Under the pieces are notes generated by a model. It saw only the letters and a program-made list of their open reading frames with translations. It made no database searches and was not told where the DNA came from. Shown one piece after another: positions 19,102 through 27,123 of a DNA stretch of 30,899 nucleotides. Made by a program: the position numbers and the translations under genes. Location of the stretch: NCBI GenBank assembly GCA_027623675.1, contig JAQBVF010000034.1, positions 1-30,899 of the forward strand. The letters are read 5' to 3'. This stretch comes from Chloroflexota bacterium (GTDB taxonomy: Bacteria; Chloroflexota; Dehalococcoidia; Lucifugimonadales; UBA3495). Position 1 is the stretch's first letter. The number at the start of each line of letters is the position of its first letter.

Positions 19102-20460
19102 ATGACCGGCACAGCGGGCCAAGACAAGGCAGACCGTCAGATGTTCTTGGTGGCATTTCTACAAGCCTCCAACTGCTCCAACTACACTGGTTCCTGGCGG
19201 CATCCCGAGACCGATCCAGGGTTCATGGACCTGGAGTTCTACCAAGGGATCGCGGCAACCTTGGAGCGGGGCAAGTTTCATCTGGCGTTCATCGATGACC
19301 GCCTGGCCATGCCCAGCCGCTATGGCGATTCCTTCGAAGAGGCGGTTGAGCACGGCATCCGGGTGGTCAAGCTGGATCTGGTCCCCATCATCACCGCCAT
19401 GGGCCTGGCGACAAAGAGTCTAGGGCTGGGAGCAACCTACTCAACAACTTACTACTCCCCCTTCCACGTGGCCCGGTTGTTCGCTTCCTTGGACCACTTC
19501 ACCAAGGGCCGGATCGCCTGGAACGTGGTCACCTCCCTCAACGACTCCGAGGCCCAGAACTTCGGGGTGGCGGAACATCTGGAACATGACGGCCGTTACA
19601 ACGTCGCCGACGAATTCCTTCAGGCAGCCTGCGAGTTGTGGGACTCCTGGGAGGACGGCGCGGTGCTGCTGGACAAAGACACCGGCCGGTTCGCCGACGG
19701 CGGCAAGGTGCACCGAATCGACCATTCAGGTGAGTCGTTCCAGGTGCGCGGCCCCCTCACCGTGCCCCGGTCTCCGCAGGGCCATCCGGTGTTCATTCAG
19801 GCCGGCCAATCGGAACGGGGACGCCAGTTCGCCGCCCGCTGGGGTGAGTTGCTGTTCGTCATCTACCCCACGCCCGAGGCCTGCAAAGCCTACCGCGACG
19901 ACCTCCGCCGCCGGGCTTATGCCGAAGGCCGGGATCCCGAGTCGGTGAAGATCGCCCCGGCGGTGTACGTGGTGGTGGATGAGACCGAGGAGCAGGCACG
20001 AGAGAAACTGGCGCAGATCGAGGCGCTGGCCAACCAGACCGACTCGCTGACCCTGCTCTCCGAGGTCTTCAACTACGACTTCTCCCAGCATGAGGTGGAC
20101 CAGCCGCTGTCCGACGAGATACTGGCGTCCATGACCGGCCTGCGGGGGTTCTTGGACCGGGTGATAGAGCTGAGCGGCGGCAAGAACCCCACGGTCAACG
20201 ACTTCATCAAGTGGTCGGGCCGGGGCACGCTGGGCGAGCTGCCCCTGTTCACCGGCACGCCAGCCCAGGTCGCCGATCAGATGGAGGCCTGGTTCCAAGC
20301 GGAGGCCTGCGACGGCTTCGTCCTGGCCGCCACCCACATGCCCGGCGCCTACCAAGACTTCGTGGACCTGGTCGTCCCCGAACTCCAACGCCGCGGCCTC
20401 TTCCGCCACGACTACACCCAAGGCACCCTCCGCGACAACCTCGGCTTCGCCCTGCCCTAG
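19102..20460 (+). CDS. NtaA/DszA/SoxA-family FMN-dependent (luciferase-like) monooxygenase
   Basis: WRHP, ERGKF...FIDD, STTYYSPFHVAR.FASLDH..KGRIAWNVVTS, PRSPQGHPV..QAG.S..GR.FAARW, VVPELQRRGLFR..Y...TLRDNLG; GGAGG RBS. Confidence 0.93.
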   Translation: MTGTAGQDKADRQMFLVAFLQASNCSNYTGSWRHPETDPGFMDLEFYQGIAATLERGKFHLAFIDDRLAMPSRYGDSFEEAVEHGIRVVKLDLVPIITAMGLATKSLGLGATYSTTYYSPFHVARLFASLDHFTKGRIAWNVVTSLNDSEAQNFGVAEHLEHDGRYNVADEFLQAACELWDSWEDGAVLLDKDTGRFADGGKVHRIDHSGESFQVRGPLTVPRSPQGHPVFIQAGQSERGRQFAARWGELLFVIYPTPEACKAYRDDLRRRAYAEGRDPESVKIAPAVYVVVDETEEQAREKLAQIEALANQTDSLTLLSEVFNYDFSQHEVDQPLSDEILASMTGLRGFLDRVIELSGGKNPTVNDFIKWSGRGTLGELPLFTGTPAQVADQMEAWFQAEACDGFVLAATHMPGAYQDFVDLVVPELQRRGLFRHDYTQGTLRDNLGFALP

Positions 20461-20490
20461 GGCGGCGTGTCTAGCGCACCGATTACGAAA

Positions 20491-21093
20491 TCACTTGGTG
20501 TACTCCACGGTAAGCGTGGGGCGGTTGGCGACCGTTTCGTTCTCTTTGGTGTCGAAGCGTTTGGTTGTCTGGCTGCCGGTCTCGTCGCCCAGTAGCAGCC
20601 AGCCGAAGTTGGTTGCTGGGTCGTCCAACCAGGCTTGGATGTCGGCCACCAGTTGGCTGGTCGAAAGCCAGGTGTACCTGCCGGGGGCGCCGATAGCGGC
20701 GGTGGCGCTGGCATCGGGCGAGAAATCACCGCCGGGCGTGGCCCAGTCCAGCGACTTGAACACCCGCTGGATCCACGTCACATCCCCCTGGCCTGCGTCC
20801 GCGCCCGAGCCTTCGTTGCCGGAGGCGTCCGCCGTGCCTTCCTGCCAGTCGGCCAACACCCGGTGCAGTCCCACGTCCTTCGCGCCGGCCAATGAACGGG
20901 ACATGTTCAGCGTCAGCGACGCCCCGGTTACGGTGGCCCCAGCGGGAATCTCGCCCGCGATGTCGAAGCCGATCAGGCCCCGGCGGGTGTCACCAGACCC
21001 GGTATTACCCGCGAAGAGCCATTGACCCGCGCCGTTGTTGCGTTGGTTGCTGGTGCCCTCGTACAGGGTGTCGTCCCGGCTGGCGCCCAGCAC
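20491..21093 (-). CDS. DNRLRE-type extracellular beta-sandwich domain; in frame with the upstream lipoprotein across one TGA
   Basis: DDTLYE, RRGLIGFDI...IPAGATVTGASLTL, ADIQAWLDDPATNFGWLL, F.TKE.....RPTLTVEY. No signal peptide and no well-spaced RBS before GTG 21093. Confidence 0.75.
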   Translation of the reverse strand: MLGASRDDTLYEGTSNQRNNGAGQWLFAGNTGSGDTRRGLIGFDIAGEIPAGATVTGASLTLNMSRSLAGAKDVGLHRVLADWQEGTADASGNEGSGADAGQGDVTWIQRVFKSLDWATPGGDFSPDASATAAIGAPGRYTWLSTSQLVADIQAWLDDPATNFGWLLLGDETGSQTTKRFDTKENETVANRPTLTVEYTK

Positions 21094-21111
21094 CGCCGTC
21101 AGAACACCCTT

Positions 21112-23028
21112 TCAAATGTCGCCACAGGAACTGTAGACCGAGGGGGCGCCGGCGGTATGCAGGTTGATGGCGAAATCGCCGTTGATCAGCGACTCCAACG
21201 TGGCGTCAACGGTGGTTGATGAGATGCCGCCGGAGGTGTCGGCCAGCGCGTGGACCACGCCGCCCAACGTAGCACAGCTACCGGAGTGGATGTGGGCCAA
21301 CGCAGAGATCCCGGCGGTGGCGGACACCACGACCTCGGTCTGGCCGCCCCTGGCGGTCAGGGTGGCGAAGCCGCTCTGTCCGGAGCCGTTCAGCTCATCC
21401 AACGTGATGCTGAGCGAGTCGCCAGCGGCGGCTATGTTCCCGCAGCTGGTGTACACCGATGCCTCGCCCGCCTTGTGGGTGTTGATGGCGAACCCGCCGG
21501 TGGTGAGGCTGCCCAGGGAGGTGGCGACGTTGGTCACCGACGATCCCGAGCCGCCTGCGAAACTTGTCAGGGCATGGACGACTCCGCCCAGGTCGCCTGG
21601 GACGCACCGCCCCTCGTGGATGTGGGCCAGCTCGGTCTCCAGCGTGCCTGCCGTTAGAGTTACGGACACGTTGGTGAAATTGCCCCGCCCGGCCAGGACC
21701 GCGGTCCCGGTCTGCCCGGAATCGTTCTGCGCTCCCATGGCGATCATCACCGGGTTGGAATTGTTGATGACGTACCAAACTTCGCCCCGGTTCTGGCCGG
21801 TGGTGTCGCCGGGTTTCTGGTCGGCGGCGAAGTAGTATAGGGGCCAGCCGTCGAATGTGACCTGCTTCGAGCCATCGGCGCGGGTGGCCGTCCCAATGCG
21901 GGCTGCCGAGACGCCGTCGCCGGGAGCCGGGGCTGACACGGTGATCAGCGGCGGCCAAGCCAAGGCGCAACCGCCGGAGCAGTTGGAAACGCCGGGGTCG
22001 TCTTTGGTGTACAGGTACAGGGACCGGCCGGCGGCATCCACCAAGATGGAGCCCATGTCTCCGGCTTCGGCGGCGTTGATGGGAGCGTTGGTGTAAATGG
22101 CGCCGCCGTCGGTTGTGAGGACGAACCAAACGCCGCCCCGGTCCTGTCCCAGGGTGTCGCCGGGCTTCTCATCGGCGGCGAAGTAGTAGAGGGGCCAGCC
22201 GTTGTAGGTGACCTGCTTCGAACCGTCGGCGCGGGTGGTGGCGCCGATGCGGTCTTCGGCCAGACCTTCGCCGGCCAACGGGTCTTCCACGGTCAACAGC
22301 GGTGGCCAGGCCAGGGCGCAGCCACCGGAGCAGTTGGATACCTCGCGTTCGTCCTTGGTGTAGAGATACAGGGCGTTGCCGCTGGGGTCGGCGAGGAACG
22401 TGCCCAGGCCAGCTGATTCGGTGGCGGTCACCGACGCGGTGGTCCGGATCGGTCCTCCGTCAGGGGAGACCACGAACCAAACGCCGCCCCGGTCTTGGCC
22501 CAGGGTGTCGCCGGCTTTCGTGTCGTTGGCAAAGTAGTAAAGGGGTTTGCCGTTGTAGGTGACCTGGCTGCCTCCATCTTCGCGCTCAATGGCGCCCAAC
22601 CGGGCGGCATCGATGCCCTCCCCGGCCACCGGGTCGCCACCGGCCATCAGAGGCGGCCAGGCCTCGGCGCAGCCAGCCGAACAATTGGAGATGTTGCGCT
22701 CGTCTTTCGTGTACAGGTAGAGCGCCATGCCGTCGGCGTCGACCAGATGCCTACCCAACGGCCCTTGGCTGCTCACCGCCACCGTGCTGGCCGCCGGGAC
22801 CTCCGGCGCCGTGGTGCTGGTGGGGTCCGGAGCCGGTTGCGTGGCCGTCGCGACAGGGGGTGGCTGAGACGTCGCTGTTGCTCTGGGGGCCGCGGTCGGG
22901 TCGTCCCCACCGCAGGCGGCGATCAAGAGCGGCGCGATCAATCCGATCATCAAGATGAACAGACCCTTGGAGGGCCTGGGGGTTTTAAGCGTACCGGATA
23001 ACTTGGAAAGCCGGGAAATGGACGGCAT
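21112..23028 (-). CDS. Modular lipoprotein: three COG4315 (Lipoprotein_15) modules plus two His/Cys CHRD/SOD-like modules
   Basis: Lipobox LIAA-C after a hydrophobic stretch, Pro/Thr linker, 3x 'G.aLYLYTKD...SNCS.GCA.AWPP...QVT..G.PLYYFA.D.K.GDT.GQ.RG.VW', 2x 'SGQ.G.A.L...AHIH.G.C...AIN.H..G..SVY.SCG.I'. ATG 23028 follows GAGGAG. Confidence 0.88.
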   Translation of the reverse strand: MPSISRLSKLSGTLKTPRPSKGLFILMIGLIAPLLIAACGGDDPTAAPRATATSQPPPVATATQPAPDPTSTTAPEVPAASTVAVSSQGPLGRHLVDADGMALYLYTKDERNISNCSAGCAEAWPPLMAGGDPVAGEGIDAARLGAIEREDGGSQVTYNGKPLYYFANDTKAGDTLGQDRGGVWFVVSPDGGPIRTTASVTATESAGLGTFLADPSGNALYLYTKDEREVSNCSGGCALAWPPLLTVEDPLAGEGLAEDRIGATTRADGSKQVTYNGWPLYYFAADEKPGDTLGQDRGGVWFVLTTDGGAIYTNAPINAAEAGDMGSILVDAAGRSLYLYTKDDPGVSNCSGGCALAWPPLITVSAPAPGDGVSAARIGTATRADGSKQVTFDGWPLYYFAADQKPGDTTGQNRGEVWYVINNSNPVMIAMGAQNDSGQTGTAVLAGRGNFTNVSVTLTAGTLETELAHIHEGRCVPGDLGGVVHALTSFAGGSGSSVTNVATSLGSLTTGGFAINTHKAGEASVYTSCGNIAAAGDSLSITLDELNGSGQSGFATLTARGGQTEVVVSATAGISALAHIHSGSCATLGGVVHALADTSGGISSTTVDATLESLINGDFAINLHTAGAPSVYSSCGDI

Positions 23029-23082
23029 GTGGAATCTCCTCACCTCGTGAAGTTGTCCCGAACTATCCGGGACAACGGGTAT

Positions 23083-23110
23083 TACGTAAGGAGAGACAAC
23101 CTGGATCAAA
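23083..23110 (-). promoter_or_regulatory. Putative ECF sigma-dependent promoter of the lipoprotein gene
   Basis: TTTGATCC-N14-TACGTA on the minus strand; the same boxes recur upstream of the sigma gene. Confidence 0.75.
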
Positions 23111-23161
23111 TCGCGGGCTGATCCGGGGGCGGCGGCGCGTTTGGCGGGGTAGGAGCCGCCG

Positions 23162-23926
23162 TTACGACGGTGTCAGCGGCACGTTGATGACCGCCGGACT
23201 TTCAGCAGGCGAGCCGGAATCCCCGGCGCCCACGACGACCTCCAGCTTCCCTAGCTGGTTGGGGTCCGCTTCAATAATGAGCCACATGGCATTGTCGTAG
23301 CGCCACATCTTGCGCTGTTGTATCTGGCCGTCGGACTCGGTGAGCCGGACCTGGTAGATTGACTCATCGCCCTCGGTCAGTCCCCACACCAGCAGGCAGG
23401 CCACGCCGAGTTCCTGGGAGTAGGCCAGCGTGCCGGCGACCCCAGGGGTGGCGGTGGAACCGCTGAACCGCCACCATTGATCGGCCTGGGCCATGATCTC
23501 CATGCCGTCGTAGGTCAGGGCCAGACGGCGCTCGGTCGAGGACAGGCCGTCATCGGCCCGGGAGCCCCAGACGGCTAGCACGGCGACTGCCACCGCCAGC
23601 GCGGTGATGACGGCGGCGATGGGCATCGGCCACAGGACCGGCCTACGCCACCAAGGGGCCTGGTGATTGGGTTGCCGGGCGCCGGAGGACTGCCACTGCC
23701 TGGGCTCGGCCCGCGCCGATCCTAGGATACGTTCGCGGAGGGCGTTGGAGGGCTCGTTCTCGTCATTGGCCAGCGAGAGGGCGTCAACAACGGGGCGCAT
23801 CTCGGCCACCACGACCTGGCATTCCGGGCAGGTTTTGAGGTGGGCCTCAAACTCTTTCAGTTCATCGACATCCAGCGCCGAGAGGACGTAACCGGCGACC
23901 AGTCCGGCAGATTCATCATGGCCCAT
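23162..23926 (-). CDS. Zinc-binding (ZAS) transmembrane anti-sigma factor, RskA-like
   Basis: YVL.ALD..E...FEAHL..CPEC (HxxxCxxC), P...LRERIL, WWRR followed by one TM helix; overlaps the end of the sigma gene. Confidence 0.88.
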   Translation of the reverse strand: MGHDESAGLVAGYVLSALDVDELKEFEAHLKTCPECQVVVAEMRPVVDALSLANDENEPSNALRERILGSARAEPRQWQSSGARQPNHQAPWWRRPVLWPMPIAAVITALAVAVAVLAVWGSRADDGLSSTERRLALTYDGMEIMAQADQWWRFSGSTATPGVAGTLAYSQELGVACLLVWGLTEGDESIYQVRLTESDGQIQQRKMWRYDNAMWLIIEADPNQLGKLEVVVGAGDSGSPAESPAVINVPLTPS

Positions 23927-24491
23927 CCGTTGACCCTCCTAGTCCCATTTCCACCAGCAGTCCGCGCAATTTCTCGATTCCGATACGTATGCGGCCCTTT
24001 ACCGTGCCCAGGGGGATCCTCTTCAACTCGGCGATCTCCCGCTGGGTATAACCCTCGTAATATGCGAGCTGAATGGCTTCCCGTTGCTCTTCCGGTATCT
24101 TTTCCAAACAGTCCTTTAGCACGTCTCCATCGAGGATGTTTGAGACCTCGGACCAGGTGTCGTAGGGGTCCTCGGGCAGCCGTTCCAACTCCAACGGCAA
24201 TTCACGGGGAGTGATGCCACGGCGCTTCCGGCCGATGTCGATGGACCGGTGATGGACCACCGCCATGATCCAGGTCCGGGCCGTTCCCCTGGCGTTGGTG
24301 AACGAGCCGGCCCGCCGCCAGATATTGATGAACGCCTCTTGGACCGCGTCCTCGGCAGCTTGAGCGTTACCCAGCATCCGGTACGCCAGGGAATAGCTCG
24401 CCCTGCCGTGCCGGTCGTAGAGAGCGCCCAAGGCTTCCTCGTTGCCCAGGTGCAGAAGCTGCAACAATACTTCGTCTGTTAGTTCTTCCAT
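23916..24491 (-). CDS. ECF RNA polymerase sigma factor (SigK-like)
   Basis: ALGALYDRH, AEDAVQEAF..IWR.A..F...RG..RTWI, QREAI.LAYYEG.TQREIA....PLGTVKGRIR. Confidence 0.95.
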   Translation of the reverse strand: MEELTDEVLLQLLHLGNEEALGALYDRHGRASYSLAYRMLGNAQAAEDAVQEAFINIWRRAGSFTNARGTARTWIMAVVHHRSIDIGRKRRGITPRELPLELERLPEDPYDTWSEVSNILDGDVLKDCLEKIPEEQREAIQLAYYEGYTQREIAELKRIPLGTVKGRIRIGIEKLRGLLVEMGLGGSTDGP

Positions 24492-24498
24492 TTAATGC

Positions 24499-24527
24499 TA
24501 CGTATGGAAAGCGATTTGCGGATCAAA
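24499..24527 (-). promoter_or_regulatory. Putative autoregulatory ECF promoter; leaderless transcript likely
   Basis: TTTGATCC-N15-TACGTA ending 7 nt before the sigma ATG; no Shine-Dalgarno sequence. Confidence 0.75.
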
Positions 24528-24752
24528 AACCCGAAATAGTATCATCAGATCCACTTGGAGAGCGGTCGATAGGCACATAACGGCGCCGAAAAACGTACCG
24601 CGCATCATACCAGAACCCTCGGCGGGTAAGAACCAGCCATGGCGAGGATCAGTACCGTCCCCCGTTCTGCCTGCTCCATAGGTCTGATCTGAATGTATAA
24701 TGCGAATGACCTGCTGGGGCAGGCAAGTTTATCCCTTGAGGACGGGCTCAAA

Positions 24753-25172
24753 ATGGCCGAAGTTGACAACCGAATAGAGCTGGATTGGGACGCTCTGGAG
24801 GTCGGCGAGAAGTTCGAGAAGTTCGAATATCTGCTGACCCAAGAGATGATTGACACCTACCGGAAGGGAGTGATGGACCCGGAAGCCAGCTTCCCGACCA
24901 TCGCTCATAAAGTGGACGTGCGCCAGTACAACAACCGTTACACCGACGCCGGGTCGGTGAACGCCCGCTGCGCCTTCCACTGCTACAATCCGCCGGTGGC
25001 AGGCAAGAAGCTGACGGTCACCGCGTGGATCGCCGACAAGTACCTGCGGCGGGGCAAGAACTACATCGTCACCGAGGCCGTCTCGGTGGACGAAGACGGC
25101 AGACTCATCGACCGGGTCATCACCCACGAGCTGAAACAGCCGTCGGAGGTGGGTAAGAAATGGGGAGGGTAA
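24753..25172 (+). CDS. Hotdog-fold (MaoC-like) protein
   Basis: LEVGEK, T.E.I..Y, F..YNP..AGKKLTV...IADKY.RRGKNYIV.E....DEDG; GAGGA RBS before ATG 24753. Confidence 0.7.
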   Translation: MAEVDNRIELDWDALEVGEKFEKFEYLLTQEMIDTYRKGVMDPEASFPTIAHKVDVRQYNNRYTDAGSVNARCAFHCYNPPVAGKKLTVTAWIADKYLRRGKNYIVTEAVSVDEDGRLIDRVITHELKQPSEVGKKWGG

Positions 25173-25615
25173 TCAGAAGTTACCAAGAGGGCGACGAGAT
25201 TACGCCCCTGGTGAAAGAGCTCACTCAAGAGGCCATCAACCTTTTTGAAGGCAGCGCGGGCAACACGGGCCCCTCGCAGTTCACCGACGAACATGCCGCC
25301 AAAGAGGTGTTGGGCACCGAGGGCACCGTGGCTTCCGGCCGCATGTCCCTCACCTTTGCCATCGAGATGATGCGGCGTCACTTCGGGCCCGAGGTGTTCA
25401 ACCGTACGGGCACGGTGGACCTTCGCTTTCTGAGGCCGGTACGCCCCGGCGACACGGTTACCTTCAGCGGTAAGGTCACCGGAACCACCAAAGAGGCCAA
25501 CGGCAGCCGCGTCTCAGTGGACATCGAGGTCAAGAACCAGAGGGGCGACACCACCGGCGTGGGGCAGGGCACCGCCATCGTTCCCAACGCCTTCCTGCCG
25601 CCGGAAGATTTGTAG
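25160..25615 (+). CDS. MaoC-family hotdog dehydratase-like protein
   Basis: GDEI.PL.K..TQE.I, G..GTVASG, LRFLRPVRPGDTV..SG.V, V.NQRG; overlaps the upstream gene. Confidence 0.8.
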   Translation: MGRVIRSYQEGDEITPLVKELTQEAINLFEGSAGNTGPSQFTDEHAAKEVLGTEGTVASGRMSLTFAIEMMRRHFGPEVFNRTGTVDLRFLRPVRPGDTVTFSGKVTGTTKEANGSRVSVDIEVKNQRGDTTGVGQGTAIVPNAFLPPEDL

Positions 25616-25652
25616 CCGCGCCCTCTCTGGAGTCCAGAAGTAGAAGAAGAGA

Positions 25653-25679
25653 GACCCCGGTCCACCACGGACCGGGGTC
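25653..25679. terminator. Hairpin, probable terminator, between convergent genes
   Basis: GACCCCGGTCC-ACCAC-GGACCGGGGTC; followed on the minus strand by pyrimidine-rich TCTCTTCTTCT. Confidence 0.7.
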
Positions 25680-25713
25680 ATCTCGTTTTATGCCTGTCCG
25701 GGTCTTGGGGAGC

Positions 25714-26893
25714 TTATCCCCAGCGGGGGGATTCGTCGGGGTTGATGCCCAACGCCGTCTTGCCGACAAACTCCATGGTCAGGGCGTTGTTGGCCGGGTG
25801 TATCTTGACCAACCGGGCGTCGCGCCACAGACGCTCGAACCCGCTGGCCTTGAAGATGCTGAACCCGCCCTGCAGGTCCATGGCGCTGTCCACCACCTTC
25901 CAGGTGCCCTCGGCGGCGTGGCGCTTGGCGGCGGTCAACTTCAGGGGCCAGGCGGCGCCGTGGTCCACGCCGTCGGACCATTCTTGGGCGATGCGGTCGA
26001 TGTGGGCGCCCACACCCTCCATCTCGATGACCATCTCGGCCACGGCATGCTGTACCTCTGGGTGATAGGCCATGGTCCGGGTGATGGCCATCGCCTTCTT
26101 GGTCTTGACCGCTTCGATGGTCTGGTCAAGGACATGCTGGGCGTTGCCGTAGTAGACGTTGGAGAATCCAAGAAGCGCCCAGGCGAAGATACCCAGGATG
26201 AACAGGTCAACCCCCCCAGCGCCGGCGTCAACCACGCGTGTGATGTGCTCGTCGGCCACGAAGGCCCCATCAAGGATGGTGTCCTGGCTCTGGGTGGCGC
26301 GCATGCCAATGGTGTCCCAGACCTCTTCGATCCTGTATCCGCTGCTGCTTCGGGGCATGAACGCATGGACGATCTTGGGCGCCGCCGGGTCGGTGGTGTC
26401 CATGCCGTGCAGGCCCAGGAACGTCCAGACCGGACTCAGGCTGCCAAACGACTTGCGGCCGGTGAATTTGTATCCGCCATCCACCTTCTCAGCCTTGGTG
26501 GTGGACAGCAGCAACGGCAGGTCGTTGCCCCCCCTCACCGTGACCGGCGGCGAAAACTTCGCCGTCAACGGCGGCCTTCAGCATCCACTCGGTGGACTTG
26601 TCGCCGCTGCGCCATACGTCGGCGGCCAGTCCAGTCCAGTAGAAATGCATGTTCACCGCCAGCGCGGTGGGAGCGGCGTGGTAGGCCAGCCGCCGCTGCT
26701 CCTGGCAGATCTCCGCTAGGGTCATGCCCAGTCCGCCCAGTTCTTTGGGCACGGCGGACAACAGATAGCCGGCCTCTTTCAACTCATTGAAGTCCTCGGT
26801 GAAAAACTTGTTCTCCTGGTCATAGCCTGGCGCACGCTCCATACACCTCTTAAGCAGATCTTCCGTTAGTACCGAATTGGGGTTGGTAGTCAT
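25714..26893 (-). pseudogene. Acyl-CoA dehydrogenase/flavin-dependent hydroxylase family gene with a +1 frameshift (or an assembly error)
   Basis: N-terminal ORF (RAPGYD.EN.F..EDF.EL..AGYL...VP.ELGG.G...VNMH) and C-terminal ORF (GGY.FTGRK.FGS, WDTIGMRATQS, ERLWRDAR) join as AGHGEGGNDLP if one G is removed from the G7 run at 26528-26534. ATG 26893 follows GAGGAG. Confidence 0.85.
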
Positions 26894-27123
26894 AATGCTC
26901 CTCACATAAATCGATTTCTGGCGACCGAATCTGAGATCTATTGTTAACTCGGGTTGATACCGGCCCCTTCCGGTGGGTGTTTACCGGGCCGGTGACCTGG
27001 CGCCATCCAGGGTGCGGATGGCGCGAGATCGGTAAGTTAGTTGATTCGTTTCAGGTTGTAATGCTTCAATCCACCAAAGGCTGAGCGTGCCTGGATGATA
27101 CCCGGGAAATCAGGTGATTTTAG

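Noticed and set aside
21112..21114. Genome-wide TGA reassignment (alternative genetic code) as the explanation for the in-frame TGA
   Set aside because: Other genes here end normally at TGA (USP, PNPOx-like, ECF sigma, AraC), and Trp and Gly are encoded conventionally.
21780..22760. Three long DNA repeats that could be mistaken for an array or mobile repeat
   Set aside because: They are the in-frame coding repeats of the lipoprotein's COG4315 modules.
26906..27123. Intergenic region with a GC-rich imperfect hairpin (CCGGCCC...GGGCCGG) as a possible ncRNA
   Set aside because: No recognisable RNA family features; consistent with an ordinary promoter or leader region.
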